From contig OZ287069.1 in assembly GCA_965645245.1 (NCBI GenBank), forward strand, positions 620,001 through 684,000: 64,000 bases of DNA, read 5' to 3'. A program made the translations under genes and the position numbers. Positions 25,229-38,248 of this stretch are shown here, in pieces. The notes under the pieces were generated by a model. The model was not told where the DNA came from. It worked only from the letters and a program-made list of their open reading frames with translations, and made no database searches. Every line of letters begins with the position of its first letter. Positions within the stretch are counted from its first letter, which is position 1. Source of the DNA: Massalongia carnosa (taxonomy: Eukaryota).

Positions 25229-27027
25229 ATGAGCTTTCTGCCGCCTCCTGGAGATGCGGCAACTCCTGACAGCTCTACCTGCACCAACGGCTCCGGAGAA
25301 TTTCGGGCAGAGGAAGGTTTCGAGCTGAGTGCGAAAAAGCAGCATGTTGGTAGCGCTACAAAGCCTCAACAAGTTCCTGATTTGGAGAAGGGAGAAACCC
25401 AGAGCGATGGAGCTGCGAACTTCGGGGTCATCGAGGACACAGCAAATCAGAAAGAGATGGATTGTTCTCTCATAAAATTCGGAGGACCTGACGATCCAGG
25501 CAATCCGATGAATTGGAGCAAGGGATACAAATGGACTATGACTGGTGTTCTTGCCGGGATGACCTTCGTCACAACCTTCACAAGCGCAATTTTCAGCACC
25601 GCGATCACTGGGACATCGAAGAAGTTTGAAGTTAGTACTGAAATCATGACGCTTGGGACTAGCCTCTTTCTCGTGGGGTTCACCTTTGGCCCCATCGTCT
25701 GGGGCCCCCTTTCGGAACTCTACGGCCGCCGTTTGCCTTTATTTATCGGCACCTTGGCAATGTGCTTGTTCCAAGTCGGTGTGGCAACTGCACGAAATGT
25801 TTACACCATCATGATCTGTCGATTCTTCGCCGGCCTATTTGGCTCAGCACCACTCGCAGTTGTAGGGGGCTCCCTAGCGGATTTTTGGGATCCTGTAGAA
25901 CGAGGGGTTACCGTTGGGATATATTCAATGTGTACATTTATAGGTCCTGTTGCAGCACCTATAATTGGAGGTTATGTTGCTGAAAGTTATCTTGGCTGGC
26001 GCTGGACAGAGTATATAGCTGTTATATTGGGTAATCGAGTGCGAACTCGTACATTTCTTCTCCGCTAATATTCTAATCTGATAGGGCTGTTCTTCTGGGC
26101 CATAGCGGTAGTGTTGCTGAAAGAGACCTATCATCCTGTGATACTCCAGAAACGAGCTAGAAAAATCCGCCTGGAAACACGGAACTGGGCGATTCATGCG
26201 GAAGCAGACGAGAAAACGATCACTCTGCACGTCATCCTGGATAGATATCTTACACGGCCTTACAGAATGCTCCGACGAGAGCCTATCTTGCTTTTGATCG
26301 CCTTGTCCGTATATTAATATCATAGCCATGCACCAAGTGCTAACCATCTGATATGCAGGTACGTCGGCCTTGTCTATGGAATACTCTACCTCTTCTTTAC
26401 CGCATTCCCCATCTCCTTCCAACAAAAACGCGGCTGGGGAGAAGTATATCTCCCACCTCCATCTTTCCATTAAACTTGCTCTTCATTCCCCATGCCTAAC
26501 ACATCGTTTAGGGCCACGGCGGACTCCCTTTCCTCTCCGTAACCATTGGCGTCATAATCGGGGGTCTCCTCAACGCTTACCACTCTCGTACCACCTTCGC
26601 CACCGCCATCGCTTCCTCAACCTCCACCCCGGAAACCCGTCTTCCCCCCATGATTCTCGGCGGCTTCTTACTTCCCCCTGGCCTCTTCTGGTGGGCCTGG
26701 GCCTCGCGTCTCGCGTCGCCCTGGCCGCAGATCATCGCGGGCGTCCCCATGGGCACGGGGATTCTCCTCATCCTCGTCAATGGGCTCAACTATATTGTCG
26801 ACGTGTACAAAGCCAACGCCAACAGCGCTATCGCCGCCAACACGGTTGTGCGAGCCCTTTTCGGGGCCGTGTTCCCGCTGTTTGCGGAGAGCATGTATGC
26901 GCGGTTGGGGGTGCCATGGGCGACTAGCCTATTGGGGTTTTTGACGCTGAGCATGCTACCGGTTCCGGTGCTGTTTTGGTGGTACGGCGCTACGGTTAGG
27001 AAGTGGAGCCGGTTCGTGCTGGAGTGA
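25229..27027 (+). CDS. MFS multidrug transporter, DHA1 family, 4 exons
   Basis: GPDDPGNPMNWS, GPIVWGPLSELYGRR, CRFFAGLFGS, GGSLADFW, WRWTEY, ETYHPVILQKRA, PETRLPPM, ANSAIAANTVVRALFGAVFPLF. Introns at about 26031-26084, 26305-26359 and 26444-26510. Confidence 0.95.
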
Positions 27028-27750
27028 ATTGCGATGTGTACGGTATTTGGCTGCATTCGTCAACCGCGTAGAGAGCAGTATCAGCACGAATTGGTCTTAG
27101 ACGCCATTGCTCTGTTCGTTCCCCCTAGAGATTTAGCTTTCGAACTGTGCTTCTCCCTCTTTGTATTGCGCCTAGGTAAGTACTACGTACGAACCCACGA
27201 TCCGAAAAGGCCTTCTTGTTTTGCCTCCTTGGTTTGCCTTCTCGCTTTGCCTATAGCCCTTTGTGCAGGTGGATACATAGGGGAACATACATTTCAAAGT
27301 AACAGATTCAACAATAAATAGACATCTTATTTTCTCATTTTGGTGACCTGCCTTGCCGCTGCAGCCGCGATATCTATATCGATATATATACGTGTTGCCA
27401 TTGTGTTTGCTAGGTGGAAAAGGGAGGGGTGGAAAGGATTAAGTTTGTGTAAGTAACTTAGTCTGGAGAAAAGAGCGAGCATTTCAAGTAAAGATGAAAA
27501 TCTGTTTTGTCTAGGACTGTATTGTAAAAAGGAATTTACGAGGGTTCTCTTTTCGGGATTTTTTTGCTTGTGGGTTTTAGGTGCCTGGCGCATACATATT
27601 CCATTTGACAGACTAGCAGAAAAGGATAAGTCATTTTCGCTGAACTTTACCCTAAATTAGGGTTATCTAAGTATCTCGTTAATTACCCAGCCCAACCCGC
27701 CCCGCCCCGCCCCCCGGAAAAGCCTCGTTAGCCGTTCCCCAAAAGGCTCA

Positions 27751-29739
27751 CTAAGCGCCTTTCCTCGGCGGCACAATCTTCCCATCCGCAGTCGTCCACC
27801 TCTCCCTTCTCAACCCTTTCCAAACGTCTCCAACCTTTAATCGAACCAGCTCCCCCGCCGCCCTCGCGTCTTCGGCCGAATCGTGCCCCCTCGCCACGGC
27901 CATCTGGATGTCGCGGTCCAAGTGACGCTTCATGAGGGCTTTAAGGCCGAAGCGTAGCGGTAGGCCGCGCGGGTGCGGGTATAGGAGGGCGGTGTCGACG
28001 ATGGAGGGGTGCATGACGCGGGTAGCGTTGAGATCGTTTTCTAGGGCGTGCCCGATTAGGGGGGTATTGGGGGCGAGATGGGTGAAGAGGAGGGCGCGGG
28101 CGTGGGAGGGGGATGGAACAAGCTGGAGGGCGGGCGCAGTGGTGGTGGTGGGAGGGGGGGTGGAGGATGTTATTAAAGTAGGATTCGTAGCTATTGGTGG
28201 TGAAGCGGCGCCAGAAGAGTCTGGGGTTGCGGTTACAAAATGGTGGGGCCAGACACCAGAGAAGCGAGAGTTGAGGTCGAGGATCTCGCCAAGAGGGCGA
28301 ACGAGGACGTCGAGGAGGGTGAAGCCCGAGGGCCAGGAGGTAGCAGTCAGCCGGATCAATTCCATGCCGTGGGTTGTGTAGCCCATTTCGCAATCAAAGC
28401 ACACAGCGGTGTTGGAAGGGAGGGAGAGGTTGGCTGGGGTTGCCATAAAAGGCATTACAAGCGCCAAACGTTTGGCCTCGGATATTTTGAATACGTGCGT
28501 ATCGCATGGTGTGCAGCCGGTGGATACGCCGACGGTTTCGTTGCAGCAGGCGTAGCAGGGTTCCTTGTGACTCTTGTCGCCTTTTTCTCCTACCGGCCGT
28601 CGGGGCTTGGCCGGGTGGTAGAGACATACACCACCGGTTGTCAAGGCTCCATCTTCAGCTCGTCGCCCAGGGAAGACCTGAAAGCGCGTGTTGCAGCGGT
28701 CGCACTGCTCCCAGCCTTGGGCTGCCTCGACTCCTTTTCGAGCTTGCTCTACTTCTTCATCACTAGGAGCGGTTGGAATATAACCATGTCTCACCAGTTG
28801 GTCCTGCTTAGCGAACAGACGAGGAAGAAGCGCAATTTCCTCACTTGACGACAGGCCAGTCTCTATAACTTTGGGAGCTGCACGAGGACTAGAGGGCGCT
28901 TTAATCGGCTTCTCTGACGCAATCTGCTTTAACCGCTCGCTCTTCCAGTCGCCGACTTTCATCTTCTTCAAGCCAAGTATGCGAAGTTTGACGATGTTTG
29001 AATATACTGATGGATTCTGCTTGGCAATCTTCTCCTCTTCATTTAGGACAGCTGTTACCAGTTCTTGCGTAGACATTTCCATTGCTGCTTTGTTAGGTTC
29101 ATCGGTAAGCTTTATTTCTTCGTTCAGTCGAGTCATATACTCGTGCATCATGGTAACCAACTTCATTCTGGTGGCATGTGGCGCTGGGGGATTAGGTAAT
29201 AACCTTGGATTTAGAGACTCGACAACGGTCTTCTTTGCTAGTGGTGGCTTCACATCGTGCTTTGTCGGCAAGGTTAGCTTGGCATCGTGGTCCACTCCTA
29301 TTTGCAAGGCTGCACGACTGTCGACTATTGTATTTGCACCTTGTAGCGGGGGAGGAGAAATATCTCTCAAAATCGTACCAGGTAGTATCTTTCCAGATGC
29401 TTCTGCCGGTCGAACTCCAGCAAAAAATTCCCCAGCCGCTGAAGAAGCGTTCGACGCAGTAGATCGGGCTATTCTCCTGCTCTTAGCTGTAGCGATATAA
29501 TCGCCTTCATCCAGGCCATCAGTTCGCTGCCTTTTCCGCGATCTGTCAAGAAGGTTGTTTGCATCTTCGTTATCTTTGTGTTCTGCTTCACCTGGCAAAC
29601 GCCGTGAAAGCGCTGACTGCCTAACGTCATGCTTTTTTTCATTTACTATTTTCTGATGTGCAAATATGCAATTTGGCAGAGGGCATTGGAGTGAATCTGG
29701 ACATTCAATTTCTTTGAACAATCCAACAGAAGAGAACAT
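27751..29739 (-). CDS. REX3: RNA exonuclease 3 (DEDDh 3'-5' exonuclease)
   Basis: N-terminal MFSSVGLFKEIECP...C...CIFAH; CDRCNTRF...CLYHP...CC...GC...H; exonuclease motifs FDCEMG, GHALENDL, HDSAEDA. Confidence 0.92.
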   Translation of the reverse strand: MFSSVGLFKEIECPDSLQCPLPNCIFAHQKIVNEKKHDVRQSALSRRLPGEAEHKDNEDANNLLDRSRKRQRTDGLDEGDYIATAKSRRIARSTASNASSAAGEFFAGVRPAEASGKILPGTILRDISPPPLQGANTIVDSRAALQIGVDHDAKLTLPTKHDVKPPLAKKTVVESLNPRLLPNPPAPHATRMKLVTMMHEYMTRLNEEIKLTDEPNKAAMEMSTQELVTAVLNEEEKIAKQNPSVYSNIVKLRILGLKKMKVGDWKSERLKQIASEKPIKAPSSPRAAPKVIETGLSSSEEIALLPRLFAKQDQLVRHGYIPTAPSDEEVEQARKGVEAAQGWEQCDRCNTRFQVFPGRRAEDGALTTGGVCLYHPAKPRRPVGEKGDKSHKEPCYACCNETVGVSTGCTPCDTHVFKISEAKRLALVMPFMATPANLSLPSNTAVCFDCEMGYTTHGMELIRLTATSWPSGFTLLDVLVRPLGEILDLNSRFSGVWPHHFVTATPDSSGAASPPIATNPTLITSSTPPPTTTTAPALQLVPSPSHARALLFTHLAPNTPLIGHALENDLNATRVMHPSIVDTALLYPHPRGLPLRFGLKALMKRHLDRDIQMAVARGHDSAEDARAAGELVRLKVGDVWKGLRRERWTTADGKIVPPRKGA

Positions 29740-30332
29740 CGCGTTGAAAAAAGGTTGAAGTAAGAAAACCAGCATCTCAAAAAAAGCCTTATTCTGGAAA
29801 GCCACTGAACGCAGTAGAAATCAAATCAAGCGTACATTGGCAACAGATTTGTTACTCGAGTAAGGAATAGGAAGCCCTCCAACCTGGTGGTGACTGTTGA
29901 TGTATTAGAGTTTGTAGCTCCAAGGGCTCCATAGCACGAAGTGCTCCCACATGATGTGTGGTTTGTAGGAGATGGTGATACTTCTGTATGAGAAAATGGA
30001 TCAATAAGAGTATAGAAAAAGAACATGATTTCAGATTCAGATAAGGCTGAAGAGTGGCTGGTACACTTGTTAGCCCAGAGAAGTTAGCTTGGTGGCTTGC
30101 TCTTTCACATGTCGGAAACTCGGAACAATCCCTTTGCACATCAATGATTCATCATATGGGAACCCGTCACCGGAGGCCGAAGTGCACCTGGACATGAAAT
30201 AGTTGTTTACCTCAACATCCGGTGTTTTTGTGATATTATTTCTTCTTTGCATTTGTTCTCTAGAAGCGATTGACTTTCTTACTTTTTACCTTGAATAGAC
30301 GTTACAAAGCTGTACAGAATCCAAGAGGAATC

Positions 30333-31744
30333 ATGGAGGTATCGGAGCGAGTACCGCCAGTTTGCCAGCATGCGCTCCACCTTTGCGTTCTAGTGCATGG
30401 GTGAGCTATACCTCAGACTCCTCTTTCTGCCAAGCTAACAGTAACAGGCTTTGGGGAAATCCAACGCACATGGCGTACCTTGAATCTGCGCTGCGCAAGA
30501 AATACCCCGAGGACCGATTACACCTTCTGGTCGTTAAAGGGAACTCCGGTAGTTTCACCTACGATGGCATCGAGTTAGGTGCTGAGAGGGTGACCAAGGA
30601 GATTGAAGACACCCTGGAGGACCTGGAAAGGATTGGTAAAAAGATCAAGAAGCTGAGCGTAGTGGGCTACTCGCTTGGAGGGCTAGTCGCAAGATATGTT
30701 ATTGGGCTGCTCTATTCCAATGATTGGTTCTCCAAGCTTGAGCCTGTGAACTTCACCACATTCGCTACACCGCATCTAGGGGTGCGAACTCCGTACCTAG
30801 GAGTCCATAATCAAGTGTGGAACCTGCTCGGATCACGGACTCTCTCCGTGTCAGGCCAGCAACTCTTCACTGTCGATGTGTTCCGGAATAACAAGCAGCC
30901 GCTCCTCTCCCTCCTGGCGGACCCAAGTAGCATCTTTATCAAAGCTCTCGCCGCATTCAAGAACCGGGTCTTATATGCTAACATCATCAACGACCGCTCC
31001 GCGCCATACTACACGACTTGCATCACCCCCACCGACCCATTCGCAAACCTCGAGGCTATAAACATAAACTACCTCCATAATTACTCTCCCATAATTCTTG
31101 ACCCCGCCAATCCCGTTTCCCGTAAAGAATCCACCATCCCCAAACCGCTCTACACCCGCATAGCAAGCAGCAGCCAGACTCTCATCAACGGCCTCCCCTT
31201 CGCCGCCCTGCTCACCGTCCTCATCCCCATCGGCTCCGTTGTCTTCCTCGTCAACTCTGGCATCCAGTCCATCCGCAGCCAGCAGCGCATCCGCCTTCAC
31301 GAACAAGGTCGCGCCGGCATTGTTCTTGGCACCTATCGCATCCCTCTTTTAATCGAGAACGCCCACGGCACAATGGAAGGCGCCATTGCAAATATGAGCG
31401 CGGAGCTAGAGTCAGAACCGGGCCAAGAACCCCCCCAAAACAGCGCCACCGACAAATCCGACCACTTTCATGACTTTTCGGAGAAATCTTCCCCATCAAC
31501 AGCTCTCACCCGGACTAGTTCCTCTCCCCGTAAAACTGCCGATCCCTTTCCGGCCCTAGCCTTAACCTCTGACCAGCAAGCGATGATCAAAAATTTGGAC
31601 GCCGTCGGATGGCGCAAATATCGCGTGCATATCCATAAGATACGGCACAGCCACGCAGCGATTATTGTCCGGAGGGGCCTGAAGGTAAACGACGAGGGAG
31701 AAGTGGTAGTTAGGCACTGGTTGACGGAGGAGTTTGAGATTTAA
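30333..31744 (+). CDS. DUF676 putative lipase/serine esterase
   Basis: HLCVLVHG/LWGNP spans intron 30401-30448. Also TYDGIELGAERV, GYSLGG nucleophile elbow, FTTFATPHLG, LYANIINDRS, HSHAAIIVR. Confidence 0.92.
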
Positions 31745-31816
31745 TTTGTGGATAGACTGGCGTTTGAGGGAGTCAGAAGCCGGCGTTACATCTGGGTTCC
31801 GTCGTTTGGACTCTGC

Positions 31817-31850
31817 TTTTTCTTTCTTTCTTTCTTTCTTTCTTTCTTTT
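31817..31850. repeat. (TTTC)n microsatellite
   Basis: Read directly downstream of the lipase stop. A (GA)n tract lies at about 32316-32335 and (ACTCAT)x4 at about 32835-32858. Confidence 0.85.
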
Positions 31851-32897
31851 TCTCTCCCTTGGGAGACTAGGCGACATCATTAGAGTCCAGGGTAGCGAGG
31901 CGTTGCATTTCTAGGGGTGGCTTGAGGTTGGTCGAGCATTGTTTTTCGTAGGACGTTTTCTATCCCTTTCTCCAGCGAAGAGGAACATCTAGCTAAATAT
32001 ACCGCCTTCTCCACCTATATCAGTCCACTCCCCCGGCCCCTGGATCTATCTATCTACCATTCGGAAGTGGGCGAAGCAGCCCCCTTCCCCTCCCTAAAAA
32101 AGAAGAGGAAGAACGGTTGAGGGGATCACAGCGGGTAGGTAACCAGCAAACCCGCCCGCGGCTGACTTTGTCCACTATCCATCAATTGCTACATGCATCA
32201 ATCCAATTTGATAAAATATCCACATACTCCCGGATGAACCCTAAAACTTCTATAAGTGAGATGAGCGGAAGAGGTTGGGATGGGTTGGGGCGGTTTATGG
32301 CCGGGCAGGCAGGCCAGAGAGAGAGAGAGAGAGAGATTTTCCAAGAGATTCTTGGAGGGATTCTTATACATCCCATATATACATACATACCAACCAACCA
32401 ATTAGCCTCAATGGCGGCCTGAAATCAGCAAGAAAAAAATGGAAAGAGCATAATAACATACTCACGGATTAAGGGGCGGTTACCGCGACGGATGAGGAAA
32501 GGGAAGGGAAGGATAGAGAATAAAGGGTGGGATATAGATAGACGAAGATGAGCTAGATGGATTCGACAGGCAAAAGGGAGTCGTGTGTGGCTAAGATGAT
32601 GACGACGGTTACCTGCAGGGTAGGGTTGTACCTCAAGGGTTGGATTTCGACAAAACGGTACGAAATGAGGAGGATGGGTTTACCCAGGCAGACGCCTCTA
32701 TACCTACTTGCTCAACTTATACCTAAACAAAGATCGAAAACCAAATTCATGTTCCCCCTAAAAAAAACCCTACCCGCGTCTAAAAGCCCATTGGTGTAAG
32801 TAAAAGCACCCAAACAAAAATCAACTGTACTCAAACTCATACTCATACTCATACTCATACCCTGTCCTACCGAGTCTAGATCCGGATACCCGCTCAT

Positions 32898-34816
32898 CTA
32901 CTCATCCTCCTCTCCTCCGCCGTTCCCATACGCCGCCATGATCCTCCTCGCCACCGCCTCTCCGCTCCAGTACGCGCCTGTCACCGTCCCCAGGGCGACG
33001 AACGGGGCCGTATGCTCGCCTGCGAACCACATCCCACGCTCGGGGCAGCCTTGGCGTAAGGCCTCGATGTCTTTGTCTAGATGCACTTCATCGTCTCTTT
33101 CTCCCTGGCCGTGATCATCTTTTTGGTCCTTATTTATATACAAGATGCTTTTCGTATTTTCCATCGCCTTTTTGTCAACGCGACCCTTTTCTGCCGGGCT
33201 GACTTGGAAATTCGTATAACTGCCCCATCCAGCAAATTCGTCATGCTGCCAATCCGTGCTAAGGATTTTGCTGGGCTGACAGGCTGGAGAAGCAGAGTCA
33301 TAATTTGGCAGAAGAGAGTAGTAAGGGCGGAAGAATTCGGAGAGAAGGGAATGATATTCCGGCGAGTCGACACGAAGGGACGATACAAGGGAAGTCACAT
33401 GAGAGGAGCTTGGGCCGTTGAGGTAGAAGAGTAGGGTGGGATGTGCAGTAGGCAAGGGAAGAGAGGCAAGCGACAAGGGCTCGAGTGTCCAGCGATGAGG
33501 ATTCAAGAGGGGCACGTACGTGGGAGAGAGAAATTGGGTGAAGAATGGCGGATTGCCGGTGGCTTTAAACCAGAAAGCCGTGGGGAAGGTAAGGTAAACC
33601 TTCTCCAATCGGCCATATGAGGTGTTGATGATGGCTGTTGTGAGTCGGGAGGGAAGGCGAGGGAAAAACGACGTGAGGTTACGTTTAAGCCAGCCAAGAG
33701 GTGTGGTGATCACCACTTCGTCAAAGCTTTGGGCGATTATGTTGCTGGGGGAGGAAGTAGTAATAGAAACCAAGGGGTTTTCTTCGTTGGGGGCAGGATT
33801 GTAGTGAAAGGACTTGGCTTTGGTTGAGAGCTGAATCTCGGCTTTTGCGAGAGCGGTTTGAGCGACGCGGTCCAGGATTGCGCTGTAAGTGCTCGCCACA
33901 AATAAATTTTCTAAAAAATCTCAGCCTGGATTGCAATTAAAGGTTTCAGCGAAACCAGTATACCATCATCTATACACTCTTCTAGCCACATATATTTTAA
34001 ACTTTGAGTTTCGATTGGCTCGCCAACATAGTCGCCCCATACATGAGCCATTTGGAATACCTGTTTGGACGTGGATTCATCTAATTGCTTTTCCTTGACT
34101 TTGGTTTCAAAAAAGTCCATCAGAGATCTATCTGGTGGTATTGAAGCCGAGTTTTCATTGCTGTGCTTGAAAGCTGCGTCAAGGATTCCCCAAACCAACC
34201 TAGAGATTTCTTTCCCCTTATCATGGTTGAGTAAATGGCCCGACTCGTCAAAGATCATGGAAGACTCTTGGTCCGGAGAGAAGATAGTTGTGTTAGTCTC
34301 GTGAGCAAGGTCCAATATTGGATTGTTATCTGAGCCATGTATCCAATTGGGACCACTGGGTGGATTAGGCTCATGGAGTCTGGAATTGACGGAGTAGACT
34401 CACAGATCCACTAAGTGACCTAAGTAATTGCTCTGATGCACCTTGAAGCTATTAATAGAGACCTTATCATAAGTTGATAGTCACTTACTCTGCCCCCTAT
34501 TCGATCTCGACCCTCCAGTATCGTTACCTTGAACCCATTTTGTATCAATACCTCGGCGCAGCGGAGACCTTCCACAGCGGTCCATTCAGCTCTACCATCC
34601 AATCCAAGATTGAAGTAGCCTTATACCTGAAATACCCGCACCAACGATGCAAATATGAGGGATATCACCCTTGGGAATAACACGACGTGTAACTCCGGTG
34701 CTAAGCCCGTTCGCACACGTTCCAGGAATATGAGGACTAGCTGACAAATCCTGTTCCATCCGCGACATTTGTCCAGGCACACTGCTTTTGTACGAACGGT
34801 GAGCTTTACCTTCCAT
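32898..34816 (-). CDS. Flavin-containing amine oxidase (polyamine oxidase/Fms1-like), multi-exon
   Basis: Spliced Rossmann motif HICIVGAGISG/LRCA...LEGRDRIGGR, then GPNWIHG, VITTPLGWLK, YGRLEKVYL, FAGEHTAPFVALGTVTGAYWSG. The start codon is uncertain. Confidence 0.9.
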
Positions 34817-37076
34817 AACTAGTCGAGAAATTCCCGATACGACAGTGTTTATTCTTCGATATCATAAGTCGAGAGAAAAAGTAAAAGAAACTCGAGAGAT
34901 ACAACATTGGTAATAGAAACACCACTTGTATGAAAGTCCTTTAAAACTTGTCGATGATCGAGCGCAACCAAGAAACTTAGATGGATATATGTTTGTCTAT
35001 GATGCTGTGATTCTCATGGACAATGATGGGTAAAAACGTTGACGGTGTTCCCAAAAGGACTAGGCAGCAAACCTGATCCAACGCATCACATGTAAAGTCC
35101 TTAATAGCTTTAAATATAACTGGAATTATTTAGACGAAAGCAAGATGCCCGAAATATTCGCAAAGCAAGGAGGAGCGAAGATAGTAGATAAAACAAGCGT
35201 CATGGTAGGCATCCTGAGTTTAGGACCCCGATTCGTGCCGGGCCGATTTCGAAAAGGATCCTTCCTCTGGATCGGAAGGGAACGGCGATTGATCAATACT
35301 AGCAGTTATAACTAGCAAGCCTCTCGGCATGAGCTTGAAGTTATTTCATGACGTGTCTGACAAATGAAAAACAGCAAGGGTAATTAATGTACAGAAGCGT
35401 CAAGATAGTAAGACTTCAACCCTTCTCAATGCACAGTCGCAACCCCCCAATTCACTCAATCATCATCAATCTATCCTCTTTCAAAAAAGAACGACATGGA
35501 TATTCTTTCCCCTTGCATCAATGCATCTTGGCTTAAGTACAAGGTATATACAAAGTACTTCTATAATTAAGCTTAATATTACTACAGTCTTCTTTAGCCT
35601 AGCTACCTCCGTAGCTAAGTAGAGTCTTTTTGTGAAGGCTCCTAGAAATTCCCGAAGGATGGTTGCGTTTGAAAATGAGAACCGACTACTCCGGCCGGCG
35701 GAATATTTTCACATTTTATTCAAGTTAAGGTCGAATAACGATAAGCAGCTTTACAGGGAAAGAACGCAGACCTTTTGGCCAGATTGTTATCAGTAATTGA
35801 TGCAACAAAGCTGTCCGATCAGTATATGCTTTTCTGATCAGAATATGTTCTGACGGTTGAAACTGTGCTGATCGAAACCGCGCCAACCAGAACTGCGTTG
35901 ACTGATACTGTGTTGGACGGCACACTTCGAAGACAAATCATGAATTAAGTATCAACATAATTTCAGTCCTAATCCACACGGAAATCATGATTCCAGCTTT
36001 GGCGGGCGACTTAGGAAACCTTGTGAATGGTTTCTCCATGCCTAGCTTGCTCGACGACTCAACCATTCAAGCATATTTACACGATGCATACGCGGACTTG
36101 GAAACCCTACCTAATATCATCCACCCCATGGGTTAAAGCAGTCGATTCAAAGGACCTGTATCAATCATCTGAGCTTGACATCCCAGCTCATTCAGCTCAT
36201 CCCAACGACACGCAGGGGCTAGCCTTTCAAGCAGGCGCAGAACTGCATGTTGTATTTCTGAGCCCAGGAGAGGTTCCCCAGATACTCTGAAAACGCTCCA
36301 CAGGTTTAATGATTTACCGGTTCTCCTACCAGCCATTCTTTATCAAACCCGCTTCCCATTTGCTTTCTTTGAGGGCCCCCCTAATGGCATTATACCCGGC
36401 CAGGTTATCTCCGAGTTATTTCATCGAAAGAAGCAGAGAGACTGCAAAAAAAGTCGTTCGAGTTGTCTGACTCCCAATTGAATGTCTACAAACTTGATGC
36501 TCATTCACCTGAGATATCCAATGGGGACAGTAATGACATGAAACTGACGAGAATCTCAATAAGGATCGCTGCAAGTAGGATTGGGCCATAATGACGACGA
36601 AGGACGAGATACAAAGCACATACATACCTGTCTCCCTGTCGAGTCCGCAATTGGCTCCGCGAATCGAAACAGCATATGATAAGGATATTAGTTGTTGTTA
36701 TGGCATTGCCTTCCTGGGGATACTTGGCCGGTATAGAAAAACCCAGATAGACTATCAATAAATTCGCTTGATGTGGGAGTTGTGGGTACCTATGGGACTT
36801 TTGCAGTTACCAGATGGATTTTTGTGATTCATCCATTTCAACTCTTTTTAGCAGCTACTTCGGTCAATAGGGTATGAAAATTCGTCTGATATATATAACT
36901 CTTCTACCATAACATAGGTAACTTTCCTGTATTTAACGATCCTTGGACTTTTGGGTAAACTGGTCATAGCGTTCAATATACTCTACTTTGAAATCTCCTA
37001 AAGCCACTCCTAGTAATAGTTTCCGTACGTCGGGTGCTTTGCATGCTTCACGCAAGTACAAGTATGAGCAAGCAGC

Positions 37077-37858
37077 TCATCTCAGCTCCGCTGCACCAAG
37101 GCGTAAAATGCGCTGATACCATGGCCGGCTCTCAATTTTCTCCTCAGTAGCCTTGAAGAACTGCACTTCAAGATCGTCCAAGCAAAACTCCCAATCCAAC
37201 GCGTCTTCTCCATAATCTGCGAGGATTTCCACTCCGTAAAGTTGGCTCCATTTATGCTTGCTAAACTCCTCGATCTTAATCAAAACCGGCTCATGGAACT
37301 CGTTGTCCAAGTACACGCTCCAGCTGAGAGGATCCTTGTGGGCGTGGCTATACCCGTTGACAGTGATTTTAGTCCCTGACTCAGGAGCGTCCAGAGGCTT
37401 GATGTGGAAGCTCAAAAGAGAGAAATAGGGATGGAGGCCCTCGTCGGCCAGGGCAGATGCATTGGCAATCTCGAAATATGCACCCTCGGAAGTAGTCGTA
37501 GCGCTAGAGAGAGCGTCGGAGCGATATCGGGAACCGATGAGAGCATTAGGCGCGGAGACAGCGCAGCTGAGATCGTTTGGCGAAATTATGCCCTCCCAAG
37601 CAGGATCTCGAGGAGCAAAGACGTCGTATCGGGAGAACGCCAGATATTGATAGGGCAAGGGAACTTTGCGCAAACCTCTCACCGTGGGAACATCGTCAAA
37701 CTGAAAAAGACCGTCAATTGATGCTGTTAAACCACATATAAATCATTAGGGAAACTTCTTACGTTGAGGGACGTGCGGTTATTGCCAAGTGCTTCGGGTT
37801 TCCTGACCGCCGAGGAGAGACCTCCCGAAACTGTGAAAAGAAGGGCAAGAAATTTCAT
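37077..37858 (-). CDS. Small predicted secreted protein of unknown function
   Basis: Signal-peptide-like MKFLALLFTVSGGLSSA. Intron 37701-37762 joins it to FDDVPT...PLPYQYLAFS...YFSLLSFHIKP...WEFCLDDLEVQF. Confidence 0.8.
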
Positions 37859-38248
37859 TTTGCACTTATTTAGGGGAACTCAATATTTCAAGTGTGGAAA
37901 CAATTGAGGCGAAGGTCTATCGTTAAATAAGATCACGGAGAAGTAGGGTGATGTAGTAGTATGATGGTATACTGAGACCGAGTTGTTGCTCCGAATTTGT
38001 CAGACATTTGCATGCATTTATTGAATCGCCTTGCATGTTCGGAGTACCTCGGTGCCAAAACAATTGTTACACTATCAAGCTCTGTATTTTTCAAAGAAGC
38101 CAATAATTTTGTGCTCAATTATATCCTCTTTCTTGTAAATTATAAAAATACACGTAAGACTACCAACAATTCCACCCTTGCACAGTACATTGGGCACCTA
38201 TACTTCGAAAATCTTGATGCATGGAGCAGAGATTTCCATTAACCAAAC

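Noticed and set aside
35221..35285. Small GC-rich stem-loops suggesting a tRNA or ncRNA
   Set aside because: No cloverleaf or A/B boxes, and the stems are short enough to arise by chance.
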